From: a virus
Reading direction: 5' to 3' (one strand)
IMG/VR virus record: IMGVR_UViG_3300042553_000685
Length of the DNA stretch: 64,000 bases
This document shows, one piece after another, positions 1 to 9,672 of the stretch (the first letter of the stretch is position 1; each line of letters opens with the position of its first letter). Below the pieces are notes generated by a model. That model ran no database searches. It had not been told where the DNA came from and saw nothing but the letters and a program-made list of their open reading frames with translations. The translations under genes were made by a program, and so were the position numbers.

Positions 1-1515
1 ATTGGTATAAGACTCTAATGATTCTCTCCAGTCTAGGTGTCCGCTTACTCGAGCGCGGGCTGCGTTATTGATAGCCACCTCATAAAAATGAGAGGCCCCC
101 AGGAAGCTGGGTAGCTGAGATATAGTAGTACCAGTAGTAGCACGTATAAATGACTTATTGGTATACCCCATCTGCGTCATCTCTATATCGGAGACGTTGA
201 ACTTATTATCAGACAATAACATGCCCTTATAATACGCGAAGGCAGCGGGGTCGTCCTCGCTAGTCAACCGTATCATGATCTCCCTATTGTGCTGAGCACT
301 GAAGCGTCGAGTGCCCATATAAAGTACATCGGTGCCCTTCTCGTCTATATTCTCAAATAGGTGTTTATTATAATGAGTACCTACGTTAGAGCCCACTATA
401 ACGCCGGCTTGCTGCAGACGATTACGTATACTGGAATCTACCTGACCACTAGTAGCCATTAATATTGGTATGTCGGACGCCCGTTCTACTATAGTGTTCT
501 CGAAGCTCTCTAGTATGGCGTAGTGAGTCCTATCTAAATTATTATCTCGACTGATGATATTTCCATCATCATCTCTTGCTTGAGCTAGGCTCCAGCTTGC
601 TGGGCTCAGCACTATGCCATTAGCCTTCTGCGCGTCGCGGGTCATGGCTAATATAGCCTCTGATTCACCTAAGATGAATCTATTGCGAGAAGTATCTAGC
701 TCCCTGCCCTCTGCTAGAGAACGCATATAAGTGCGGAGTTCAGTAACAAACTTAGGGTTACTGGTTTCATAGAATACATCCTTTTTATCAGACTTAAAGC
801 CTATGTCAAGAAGACTACTATTAGTATTCCTTAGCATTACGCCAGCGCCCATGAGTAGAGGAGCGGCTATAGCCCCTACTATACCTAGTCGTGGGGCCCT
901 GCCTGATATTATAGCGCCGGCCCCTGCGATACCTGATACTACCGCTCCTACCTCGAGGGCATTAGTTCCGTACTCGGTTATATAAGGAGCCGTGTGTACT
1001 CTACCTACATCAGTACCGTCCTCTCTGGTGATCAACTCGAGCTTAGAGTGCATCAGCGTAGTACCCTGGCCCTTATTAGCAATATAGGGTATGACATTTA
1101 GATTATTAGATGCTGCCTCTAATGCCTGTGACTCTCTCTTAGATATAGTCATGTCGACTACGACGGTACCACCTACCTCATCGTATAGATCCATCTCATT
1201 AGTAAATATACCCTCTGCCATTTTTATATATGGCTTCATACTCTGATAGAATTCATCTTGCCTTTCTTGGCCTATTGCTCTGAAGCTCTCTTTATTAAAA
1301 GTATCGTGTAATAACTCTAGGGTAAAATCCGAGTGGAACCTATTGTGTGAGAACAAGGCCGCCTCTAGACTATTCGGGCGCGCATCTCTTAGAAAACGCT
1401 GAGTCTCACTGAGAGATGAGACGCCGAATCGGCTAGAGGAGCCCTCTAGTGAACCAACACCAGCCGATGGGTATTTACCCGCCGCCTCTATTTGTTTTAG
1501 TAGATCCGATTCCAC
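1..1515 (-). CDS. hypothetical protein, C-terminus cut by the window edge (not in the supplied ORF track)
   Basis: Hand check: the minus-strand frame whose plus-strand triplets start at 1,4,7... has no tta/cta/tca triplet from 1 to 1533. The in-frame stop (tta) is at 1534-1536. The first in-frame start is GTG at 1515, overlapping the end of the 1497..2132 gene. Codon style is TA-rich like its neighbours. It contains a Gly/Ala-rich hydrophobic stretch ALEVGAVVSGIAGAGAIISGRAPRLGIVGAIAAPLLMGAGVML (about nt 840-960). Confidence 0.55.
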   Translation of the reverse strand, partial: MESDLLKQIEAAGKYPSAGVGSLEGSSSRFGVSSLSETQRFLRDARPNSLEAALFSHNRFHSDFTLELLHDTFNKESFRAIGQERQDEFYQSMKPYIKMAEGIFTNEMDLYDEVGGTVVVDMTISKRESQALEAASNNLNVIPYIANKGQGTTLMHSKLELITREDGTDVGRVHTAPYITEYGTNALEVGAVVSGIAGAGAIISGRAPRLGIVGAIAAPLLMGAGVMLRNTNSSLLDIGFKSDKKDVFYETSNPKFVTELRTYMRSLAEGRELDTSRNRFILGESEAILAMTRDAQKANGIVLSPASWSLAQARDDDGNIISRDNNLDRTHYAILESFENTIVERASDIPILMATSGQVDSSIRNRLQQAGVIVGSNVGTHYNKHLFENIDEKGTDVLYMGTRRFSAQHNREIMIRLTSEDDPAAFAYYKGMLLSDNKFNVSDIEMTQMGYTNKSFIRATTGTTISQLPSFLGASHFYEVAINNAARARVSGHLDWRESLESYTN

Positions 1516-2132
1516 TGTCCATTGACCTCTATATTATCTGTATAGGAGACCTCTACCGGCACTACCGGTGTATCGTATTCTACTACTACGGGATCATTAT
1601 TAGGTAATTGTATCTCTGCCTTGAAGCGCTCTGCTCGGCTAGTGCTCTGGTCCTTGACGGTATAATCTACACTAGCACCCAGTGTATCTTTAACAACGAT
1701 GCCTGTTAGTATATCGGGGTAATCGAATAAACTAATTATATTGTTTACTGGTGTTACCTCTATACGCTCGCGACTGGTAGACATACCTATCCACCAGTAT
1801 CGTGTGTCTACTAATGACTCCTGATAATCCTGGACTACGCGCCCTGGTACCTTAGATTGTTGCCTCCATCTCCAGATCTCTATCTTATACGCATTCTCTA
1901 GTCTAAATGCCCCGCTGGCTCGCGGCGTGCTGTATTGGGGGTAGGTCAGCGGTATATACTCTGGCTCGCAGGGGGCCAGCAATAAACGTAGGGGTATAGT
2001 CGACTGGAGATGTATTCTCTGACTGGTGCCAGGCGTGACCCCACGGAGAGAACGCGGCGGCGTGATATACAGGTAGTATCGCCACGAGCTGAATAATTCC
2101 TGGAACTTAAATACAACTGGAGATAATTTCAT
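1497..2132 (-). CDS. hypothetical protein (211 aa)
   Basis: Long ORF in the dominant minus-strand array, directly downstream of the terminase gene. No motif recognised. Confidence 0.55.
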   Translation of the reverse strand: MKLSPVVFKFQELFSSWRYYLYITPPRSLRGVTPGTSQRIHLQSTIPLRLLLAPCEPEYIPLTYPQYSTPRASGAFRLENAYKIEIWRWRQQSKVPGRVVQDYQESLVDTRYWWIGMSTSRERIEVTPVNNIISLFDYPDILTGIVVKDTLGASVDYTVKDQSTSRAERFKAEIQLPNNDPVVVEYDTPVVPVEVSYTDNIEVNGQWNRIY

Positions 2133-2213
2133 TATGGTTATGGCGCGCCTGGGGACAGCTTTTAATACATCATGAATGAGGTGAGCTTATCTATTGTGGA
2201 CATGACATTCGTA

Positions 2214-3992
2214 TTAGATTGAGGGCCGCCGCTTACGCGCTGCTAGTAGTAACCCCTTACCGCGAGCTGTAGTTAGTTCTCTATTCTTCTTGAGTGTCTT
2301 GCTACTGATACTCTTGATGCCACTAGAACTCATACTGAATCCCATGAGAGTACTGTCCTCCTTAACGCAGTTGAATACAGCGTTGACTACAGCATCTATT
2401 ATGTCCTTACCACTGGCCCGCTCGTTGTGAGTTATCTTACCACTAGCCAGTTGTAATATACCGCCCATCTCGGCCATCAGACTATGCGTCCAGATACTAT
2501 CGCGAGGTAGTATCAGTCGCCCCTCATTGAGTAGTTGTCGCGTTAGGTTATAGTAACTCAGCTGCGCTGTATTAGTGGTACTCATCTCAGTAGAGCGTAT
2601 GCCGTGAGCGTGTAGTCGCTGTATAGTGGACTGAGATTGGTATGAGTCAAATGAGCAGAGATTAATATTGCGGGCCTGACATATCTGCACTAACTTCTCC
2701 TCTATATCTAGGTAGGAGACTATACGCTGTATGCCCCTCCCCTTATCATCTCTATCACTATAGGGCTTCCACACTAGTAGACCATCTACTATGACACCCC
2801 ATCTACCATCCTCTAGCTTAGTGCTCCTTACGAAGGCAATAGCGGCACTATCCTTCTTGAGCCCGTAGTCTACGTGTAGATAGGAACGGCCCTCACTGAG
2901 TCTCTCTAGTCTATTTATCTGCAGTGATACGTAATAGCGTATATCATCCCCATTGGTTATATCCAGTGGTATAGAACGCGCATCCAGACAAGAGAGACCC
3001 TTAACTGCCTCCTCTATATACTCCTTCTGGAAGAAGGAGCCGTGCCTACTAGAGCGTATGCCCTCATACTCCAGAGCTGCTGTCACGGGATCGCGTATGT
3101 AGTCCTCACTATTCTTAAGGCTATACTCACTGACCTCTGGTCGTAGATTGATATCCCAGGTGCGTAGACGGAATGCCACCATGCGCGCATCGCGTGTCGC
3201 TACCTTATAGAGATTCTGTATGTAGTCCCCCTCACCCCAAGCAGAACTGATGGCTATCTTCTTACCTTTATCACCGAAGGTACTCAGCCCCTTAGCTACG
3301 TTACTCCATATATCATCTGCCTTCGATTCCCCTAGCTCGTTATACTCGAAGCGGGCCGCCTCATCTAGAACTAACATCTTAAGAGAATAACCTACTAGAG
3401 ACTGCGAGTTAGTGTGTTTAGCGTAGATGGCTATATTCTTAGCCGGGCAACGTATCTCCTGCGTGAGTATCTCTATCTGACCACTGTTCACTAGCCCCTT
3501 GAAGTACGCGCTCTGGCTAGCGTAGCCCCTGATTGCGCCGAATAGCGTCTCATTGACCTGGGCCCCGCTTCGCGCTATAACAAATATAGCTATAGGGGAC
3601 CCACTCAGTAGACCATAGTGCTTAGCTGGGTTATCTAGGTTGATAAGGCAATAGAATTCATAGAGTACGCATATACTTGCTAGCACGCTCTTACCTCCTC
3701 GTCGCCCGCACTCTAGTACCATGTTAACGTAGGAGCGGTCTGGTACCCAGGTAGTTACATCTTGCTCAGCCCATCGTTGTAGTATATCTAGCTCATCCCC
3801 TGCTAAGGGCTCATTATAGAGAGCGCGCAGTATAGCTCTCTGAGGCGGGAATAATGTATCGCCGGGGGCCAGTAGATACTGCTCTGCAAATTCAACTATA
3901 CCTATAACGTGGCCAGTCTTAACCTGAGCTAGGCCTTCATACGCTAACTCATCGAATAGTTCTATTGGATCCAGCTTACGTTTACGCACCAA
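2214..3992 (-). CDS. terL: terminase large subunit
   Basis: 592 aa. P-loop LECGRRGGKS (about nt 3689-3712). Walker B KMLVLDEAARF (about nt 3348-3380). C-terminal RNaseH-like nuclease acidic motifs (HVDYGLKKDSAAIAF; GKDIIDAVVNAV). Size and motif order are typical of phage TerL. Confidence 0.85.
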   Translation of the reverse strand: MVRKRKLDPIELFDELAYEGLAQVKTGHVIGIVEFAEQYLLAPGDTLFPPQRAILRALYNEPLAGDELDILQRWAEQDVTTWVPDRSYVNMVLECGRRGGKSVLASICVLYEFYCLINLDNPAKHYGLLSGSPIAIFVIARSGAQVNETLFGAIRGYASQSAYFKGLVNSGQIEILTQEIRCPAKNIAIYAKHTNSQSLVGYSLKMLVLDEAARFEYNELGESKADDIWSNVAKGLSTFGDKGKKIAISSAWGEGDYIQNLYKVATRDARMVAFRLRTWDINLRPEVSEYSLKNSEDYIRDPVTAALEYEGIRSSRHGSFFQKEYIEEAVKGLSCLDARSIPLDITNGDDIRYYVSLQINRLERLSEGRSYLHVDYGLKKDSAAIAFVRSTKLEDGRWGVIVDGLLVWKPYSDRDDKGRGIQRIVSYLDIEEKLVQICQARNINLCSFDSYQSQSTIQRLHAHGIRSTEMSTTNTAQLSYYNLTRQLLNEGRLILPRDSIWTHSLMAEMGGILQLASGKITHNERASGKDIIDAVVNAVFNCVKEDSTLMGFSMSSSGIKSISSKTLKKNRELTTARGKGLLLAARKRRPSI

Positions 3993-4770
3993 GTGTCACC
4001 TCCATATACATATTCTTAGTCTCTGTGTATTCTGTTATGTATATGTCAGGTTGTATGGCCTTGACTAAATTAGGATCCTCATCTATAGCAACATAGAATA
4101 CGTCACCTTGGGGTATCATGTGTATTGCTGCAGGGCCCGATATTGTGTTTACTGGTAGTGATGGATTCAGATATATAGATGATATGGTACTCATAATATA
4201 AGGGCCCGCGTCTATCTCTAGCTCTATGTACTCGTCTGGTGTTGGTACGTCTAAGCGGGGTGGCGATTCTATATAGCGTAGTGTCCAGGGCACAGTTGAA
4301 TTGAAGCGTATAGTCGCTACCGTTGTATTCTGCGGGACCTCTAATTGTACCTCTTGATCTAGACTATTGTCTCGAGAGAATGCAGTGTAGATTATAATAG
4401 TACTAGAACTGGCTGACCGTAGTATGTATGCGCTTATACTACCCTCCGCCTTAGTAGAGAGGATGGCTCTCTGCAGTGGTTCTAGACCCCAGCTATCTAA
4501 TTCTGAGCGCATGATAAAATTACCCCTACTATCTATCATGTCGTAGGGAGCGGGCACTTTAACAGAGTGTATATCCTTATTGAGAACTACGACAGGGTAA
4601 TCAGTACTACTGAGTAATTGTATTATCCACCAATCTAATAGTGGCAGAGCCCCTAATAGTGCAGGGGCCCGTGTTCTAATTAATGACTCGAGGTTAATCA
4701 CAATGAATAATGAGTTTAGACAGCGACGCTTTAGTAGTATGCCCCTCACTATGCGGTCAATAGCAGGCAC
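3982..4770 (-). CDS. hypothetical protein (262 aa); in the position of a small terminase, but that call is unsupported
   Basis: The ORF overlaps the terL start by 11 nt and has a GTG start at 4770. No DNA-binding or TerS motif recognised. Confidence 0.5.
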   Translation of the reverse strand: MPAIDRIVRGILLKRRCLNSLFIVINLESLIRTRAPALLGALPLLDWWIIQLLSSTDYPVVVLNKDIHSVKVPAPYDMIDSRGNFIMRSELDSWGLEPLQRAILSTKAEGSISAYILRSASSSTIIIYTAFSRDNSLDQEVQLEVPQNTTVATIRFNSTVPWTLRYIESPPRLDVPTPDEYIELEIDAGPYIMSTISSIYLNPSLPVNTISGPAAIHMIPQGDVFYVAIDEDPNLVKAIQPDIYITEYTETKNMYMEVTLGA

Positions 4771-4791
4771 CGCGCATGTAGTTGACTTTAG

Positions 4792-4800
4792 ATTATAGCA
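4792..4800 (-). promoter_or_regulatory. candidate extended -10 promoter (TGcTATAAT on the minus strand)
   Basis: Plus-strand attatagca is the reverse complement of TGCTATAAT. It lies in the 153-nt gap upstream of the 3982..4770 gene, about 20 nt before its GTG. Confidence 0.3.
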
Positions 4801-4923
4801 CAGCTCGTGTAGTAATTAGTACTATGCTTAGTATTGAGGATATGGAAATGAATGACACTAGCAGTCGAGGGGGCCATAGAACTATACCCTGCTGGCCTCT
4901 CTACTAAGTCGCAGCTATAGGGG

Positions 4924-5394
4924 TCATGTCTGCTCGTTGAGCTGTAAATTGATAGTGTAATTGTATACTGCAGGTGGTACTACAGATAGTGGTGCGCTAA
5001 CTACGGTTTCTATGTGCACTACAGTACCCACGTTACTACCGCGGTTATTACCATTAGCTGGACTGGCACCAGTTAGGTTAGCCCCCCGTACTACCAATGC
5101 ATGAGTGAAGGGCCCTATCGGCGCCCCTGATGGCGTGAATGTAGCAGTAGCAACCAAACTAGCAGTGGGTGCTGTACGCGTTGGGATAGTGATGATTGGG
5201 GTAGTAACGATGAATCTACTATAACCACTAATCTCCCAGAGGGCTGCTTGAGCCATAGTGATATTCAGGCGGGCATCTATCTCAGTGGGGGTTAATACAG
5301 TACCTATACCTAGCTCGGGCCGATTGATTAGAATGACTACTAGATTAGTATTAATCTGAGATAGTAGGAAGGAGAATAGTGCTCTTGTGTACAT
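4924..5394 (-). CDS. hypothetical protein (156 aa)
   Basis: ORF in the minus-strand array. No motif recognised. Confidence 0.55.
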   Translation of the reverse strand: MYTRALFSFLLSQINTNLVVILINRPELGIGTVLTPTEIDARLNITMAQAALWEISGYSRFIVTTPIITIPTRTAPTASLVATATFTPSGAPIGPFTHALVVRGANLTGASPANGNNRGSNVGTVVHIETVVSAPLSVVPPAVYNYTINLQLNEQT

Positions 5395-5395
5395 G

Positions 5396-5764
5396 TTAAG
5401 GTAGTGTTATGTTTAGGCGGCTCTCTACAGTGCCGTCGATGATTCTATATACTATATCATCATCGAGAGGGTCATATAACTCTATATCATAGAACCATGT
5501 CTGACGCGGTGCTGTAGTAGGTATCTGCTTAGTACGTGTGGCACCTAGATAGGGTTTAATACGTGTGTAGATCACTCCATCTATATCTACTGTAATTAGG
5601 GGCTCAAACTCAAAGTTAGCAAATAACTCACCATCCTCCCCATCTCGTATCTGGCCCCGGCACTGCATTGCCGTTAGGTCTCCCTGACGTAGTATAGTCA
5701 GTAGATCCCAGAGGGCCCCCCGTATAATAGCTCTATCCTTAACTAGATCTAGCTTAGTTACCAT
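5396..5764 (-). CDS. hypothetical protein (122 aa)
   Basis: ORF abutting its neighbours (1-nt gap, 7-nt overlap), consistent with translational coupling. Confidence 0.55.
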   Translation of the reverse strand: MVTKLDLVKDRAIIRGALWDLLTILRQGDLTAMQCRGQIRDGEDGELFANFEFEPLITVDIDGVIYTRIKPYLGATRTKQIPTTAPRQTWFYDIELYDPLDDDIVYRIIDGTVESRLNITLP

Positions 5765-6603
5765 AATCTCAATGTTGCTGTTACTGCCTGCTGTATAACT
5801 ACGCCCTGTACAATACTATGGCTGAGGCGCACCCTATCAATTAACCACTGTTGTTTGTATAAAATACTATCTAATAATGGGGGGCTATCTAGTAGGAATA
5901 ATTCCTGAGTCTGGGCTCTATATTGATATAGCGTCGTCTCCTCACCATAATTAATAGTAGACCAGCCCGTATACGTTCCTATCCAGGGTTCCTCTAATCT
6001 AGTGGGTAACTCACCTACTAGATTAGGTAGTGTACGCGTCATCTGCTCTACGCTTGGTGGACCAAGGGGATCTAGTAGATTAGTAGGTCTTAATCTACTC
6101 CACTGGAGAGTATCAGGCGGTGCTATATTACCTGATACGTGCTGATATTCATAGTAAGGCCATATCACTCGCCCAGTCCATACCCAGCCGGGTAATAGGG
6201 GGTGTATACCCTGACTATTTAACAACACCACCCTACCACTGAATATAGGTACTAGATCATCCGCTGAGGGATAACGTAGTGTATAACCACCATCTACCAT
6301 TGGTATATACGGCAGGAGATGCTCTACTAAATCTACTGGTAAGTAGATGTATCGCCTATTGGGCCAGCTCTGGCCATCTATTCTTACAAATACGGCTATC
6401 TCCTGCCAGCCGCGACGGCCCCATAAATCACCGCCCAGCCACTGGATTCCTACCCATGTATAACTCTCTGCCTCTATGACTAGTGCATCTAGGCCCTTAT
6501 ACTCAAATAGACCTGCCTGCGGCTGATAAGGCCGCGCGGGGTTGAGCCGCCGCTGTTCTGCTACTAGTTCTTGCCATGGTTTAATAGTACTCAATTCGGC
6601 CAA
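5758..6603 (-). CDS. hypothetical protein (281 aa)
   Basis: ORF in the array, overlapping both neighbours. Confidence 0.6.
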   Translation of the reverse strand: MAELSTIKPWQELVAEQRRLNPARPYQPQAGLFEYKGLDALVIEAESYTWVGIQWLGGDLWGRRGWQEIAVFVRIDGQSWPNRRYIYLPVDLVEHLLPYIPMVDGGYTLRYPSADDLVPIFSGRVVLLNSQGIHPLLPGWVWTGRVIWPYYEYQHVSGNIAPPDTLQWSRLRPTNLLDPLGPPSVEQMTRTLPNLVGELPTRLEEPWIGTYTGWSTINYGEETTLYQYRAQTQELFLLDSPPLLDSILYKQQWLIDRVRLSHSIVQGVVIQQAVTATLRLW

Positions 6604-7729
6604 TCTCCTCTTTAGCTACTAGGTAATTATCATTCTCGTATGTAGCAAGAATGAATATATTACTCCATTCTCTTATAGATAAGAAGAATATGGGCTTATA
6701 GTCACCTTCTCTATATATTACGCCTATCGATGATTGTATAGGCACAGTGCGAGCCTGCGGGGTAGACCTGCCTAGCGGTATAAGCGTATTAACTGATAGA
6801 CCAGAGGGCATAGTAGCTGTCAGTAACCTTACATCTCTTACACTGACCCACCAGCTCTCTGACCCATTTACTAATATTATGCAGCCATCCTGTGAATACA
6901 TAGCCCGGCTGCTTATACGAGTACCATCTATTAAATACGCCTCGTATAACTCTGCGCCTATAGTCTCATTTATTGTGTAGTTTCGTATAAACCTAGTAGC
7001 AGCGCGAAGTAGACCTAGGTCACGAGCTATGGGCCCCCGCGGCGGCCGGGTATTAAACCATGTCTTATCGCCTTGTCTTACACTCTCTACTGTCTCTATT
7101 GGCATCGTTACAGTTATATTCCCTAGTCTACCTACTACCTGACGGCCCCGACTAGTATAGACTGTATCTGCCTCTATCGTTGTAGCGTCTCCTATTCTAT
7201 CTATGTAGAAACGACCTGAGCCCAGAGATTCTAACCATACCTCCAGGTCTATTATACTATCACTCCATCGAGATGGAACCCCAGTAGTAATCTGGAGTAT
7301 TGTATTGACTGCAGTTCTTACATCTCCTGCTGCTGTCTCTAATATGAGGTCATTATCAATTAATCTGACTGCCTCTACTATGATGCTATCTATGTATGTG
7401 ACTAGCGCAGTACGGCGTATGAGCTGTACCTCTGGCGCTATACCCTTTTCTAGGTACTCTATCACAGCCGCCTCTGCGTCAGCAGCCCAGTTAAATGGAC
7501 GTGTTAGTGTCTGCGCCACTGGGGCGTTATAGGTCGGCGTGCCATCTGGCCTAGTGTAGATAGTATTATTGCCTTGTATTATAGTCAGTACATCTCGTAG
7601 GTTAGAACGGGCGGGCCCCACTGTCACTATCTTATCAGTGATAGATAGAGTACCCGTCACCTGAGACTCTACCTTACCTACTAGATATCTCATAGTTACA
7701 GACTGACCTATGTATATCAGTAATCTCAT
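6581..7729 (-). CDS. hypothetical protein (382 aa)
   Basis: ORF in the array. Confidence 0.6.
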   Translation of the reverse strand: MRLLIYIGQSVTMRYLVGKVESQVTGTLSITDKIVTVGPARSNLRDVLTIIQGNNTIYTRPDGTPTYNAPVAQTLTRPFNWAADAEAAVIEYLEKGIAPEVQLIRRTALVTYIDSIIVEAVRLIDNDLILETAAGDVRTAVNTILQITTGVPSRWSDSIIDLEVWLESLGSGRFYIDRIGDATTIEADTVYTSRGRQVVGRLGNITVTMPIETVESVRQGDKTWFNTRPPRGPIARDLGLLRAATRFIRNYTINETIGAELYEAYLIDGTRISSRAMYSQDGCIILVNGSESWWVSVRDVRLLTATMPSGLSVNTLIPLGRSTPQARTVPIQSSIGVIYREGDYKPIFFLSIREWSNIFILATYENDNYLVAKEEIGRIEYY

Positions 7730-7740
7730 TAGACTCTCCC

Positions 7741-9672
7741 TTATTTCAGAACTTTTATATAATTACGTATAGAAGTAGCAAATGGATCTCTGTTAAAATC
7801 TACCGCAAAGGCTACGTCAACAAGAGCGAGTATCTGATTATTAGATAGCGTATCAGGATTTATGACGGGATCAGCATTTAATATTGCTTGTGCCTGATTC
7901 TTTGCTATTTGTTCTACTTGTATAGACGGAGTAGAATGGTTAATAGTGGCCTGGCCAGTTGTAGCATCTGGGGCCTGCCCTACCACTTGATTAGTAGGCG
8001 TACCCAACTCATCAGGTAGTTGCTCTACTATATCCTGTATATCACCTGTATTAGCTACTCTAGGTACTACTGGAGACCCGGGATTAATCTTTTGCTTGAC
8101 TAGATTTAATATGCTTTCTATCTGACTATCTTCAACTATTGCCTGTTTATTCTCTAGATTGACCCTTACTGTCTCTCTAAGTACTGAATCCGTTATCGGG
8201 TAGTCTCCTAGCTCTGCAGTAAGCTGGTTAGCAACTGCTTCTTCTGATATGCCGCCCCCTCCCGTAATAGAAATAACCTTATTAGCTGGAGAGGCCGGCG
8301 CAGATACAGGTGTGTTACCAGCACCTGTATTAGTTTGTAATGTATTGTGGGGTGATCTTACTGGTACAGCTGGCGCGGTTAATGTATTCGTAGGTATAGG
8401 TACTATAGGATCAATAGTATCGAATGTATAGTCTATAATAATAATAGGTTCATCGTCAATAGAACCTACAGTAGGGCTTGAGGTAATTGGGGTACCGTCA
8501 GGATTAAGTGGAAGAGGTACCTCTAGAAGAGGAGGTTTTACTGAAGTAACTCTTATATTACCAATTAATCGTTTATCTAGTATCTCGTTAAGTATTCTGA
8601 GAGCTCTCTTTTTATCAGAGATATTTTCAAGAGCCTTGAGCTTCTGGGTCTCAGTGGCGCCTGGGCGTAGAGTATTAGCAATTTTTATAATGTTATTATA
8701 TACACCCTCATCAGTTATAGCTCTGGGATACTTCTCATTATATTCACTGAGTACCTGATACCTTAAACTAGTCGCAACGCTGTCAGATACGCCGGGCCTA
8801 ACATTCTTAATATAATTAACTAATTCGGCCGGGTTCATGTCCTGTGGTCTATAACCTTCTCTGTACAGAGTAGTGGTTAACGAAGCAGGATCATCTTCTA
8901 CTGGAAAATCAATATTATTACGTATAATTTGTCTAGCACGTAGTACTTCTTCAACATCAGCACTTGGATAGTTATCGGCTATCCATCTAGACGCATCATC
9001 TATAGATATATTCTCATTACGCATTTGGATGGCTATGTCGCCGCTTTCTTGACTTACCTTATCTATATTAAGAATATCCCTTCTTGTTAAGGTTGACTGC
9101 GTATTAACAGCATTATTAGTCCGAGCTATATTACCTAAACCAGGAGTTATAAATCTAGTGAACCTAGCCGCGACGTTACTACTACTGAGATAATTCGAGG
9201 GAGGTTGTAGTATACCAGGAGTGGCGCGCTGTGTAAAGTTCACTGCGCTACTCTTAGCCTTATTAGCAGTAGAGAGAATGGCGCTACGAACGCCTTGAGT
9301 AGACCGAGCCAAGCTACCAGTTATCTTAGCACCTGGCCCAGTATTTAATATACCAGTCTTTAATACAACCTTACCCGCGAGTCTTGCTGGGGCAGATGCA
9401 ACCTTAGCACCAACACCAACTACTTTGCCTAGCGCTGCAGTTTCTATTTTAGTAGGAGCCAGTATAGTTACTGCGTCTATGGCTGCCTCAACAGGTGTGT
9501 ATTGCCTGCTATCTCCATTAGCAACTGTATTAATGAGATCACCTGCGGCGGATGCTGCGGTGGATGCTGTTACTACTCCTCCTACAATGCTAATAGTCGT
9601 AGGTATGGAGCCTGTGGCTACAGTAACGGCCTGCGCCGTAGCTTCAATACTTGCTTTACTGTATTTTTTCAT
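7741..9672 (-). CDS. hypothetical virion protein (643 aa) with an Ala/Gly/Val-rich N-terminus
   Basis: Long ORF that is visibly more AT-rich than its neighbours. The N-terminal ~150 aa are low complexity (VTVATGSIPTTISIVGGVVTASTAASAAG...GKVVGVGAKVASAPARLAGKV). Confidence 0.6.
   Translation of the reverse strand: MKKYSKASIEATAQAVTVATGSIPTTISIVGGVVTASTAASAAGDLINTVANGDSRQYTPVEAAIDAVTILAPTKIETAALGKVVGVGAKVASAPARLAGKVVLKTGILNTGPGAKITGSLARSTQGVRSAILSTANKAKSSAVNFTQRATPGILQPPSNYLSSSNVAARFTRFITPGLGNIARTNNAVNTQSTLTRRDILNIDKVSQESGDIAIQMRNENISIDDASRWIADNYPSADVEEVLRARQIIRNNIDFPVEDDPASLTTTLYREGYRPQDMNPAELVNYIKNVRPGVSDSVATSLRYQVLSEYNEKYPRAITDEGVYNNIIKIANTLRPGATETQKLKALENISDKKRALRILNEILDKRLIGNIRVTSVKPPLLEVPLPLNPDGTPITSSPTVGSIDDEPIIIIDYTFDTIDPIVPIPTNTLTAPAVPVRSPHNTLQTNTGAGNTPVSAPASPANKVISITGGGGISEEAVANQLTAELGDYPITDSVLRETVRVNLENKQAIVEDSQIESILNLVKQKINPGSPVVPRVANTGDIQDIVEQLPDELGTPTNQVVGQAPDATTGQATINHSTPSIQVEQIAKNQAQAILNADPVINPDTLSNNQILALVDVAFAVDFNRDPFATSIRNYIKVLK

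Noticed and set aside
803-985. 60-aa plus-strand ORF from the track
   Set aside because: It lies antisense inside the long open minus-strand frame (1..1533) that I verified by hand. The product is low complexity (Ala/Pro-rich), mirroring the Gly/Ala-rich sense protein.
3982-4770. Small terminase subunit
   Set aside because: Only its position (upstream of terL and overlapping it) supports this. No helix-turn-helix or known TerS motif is visible, so I left it as hypothetical.
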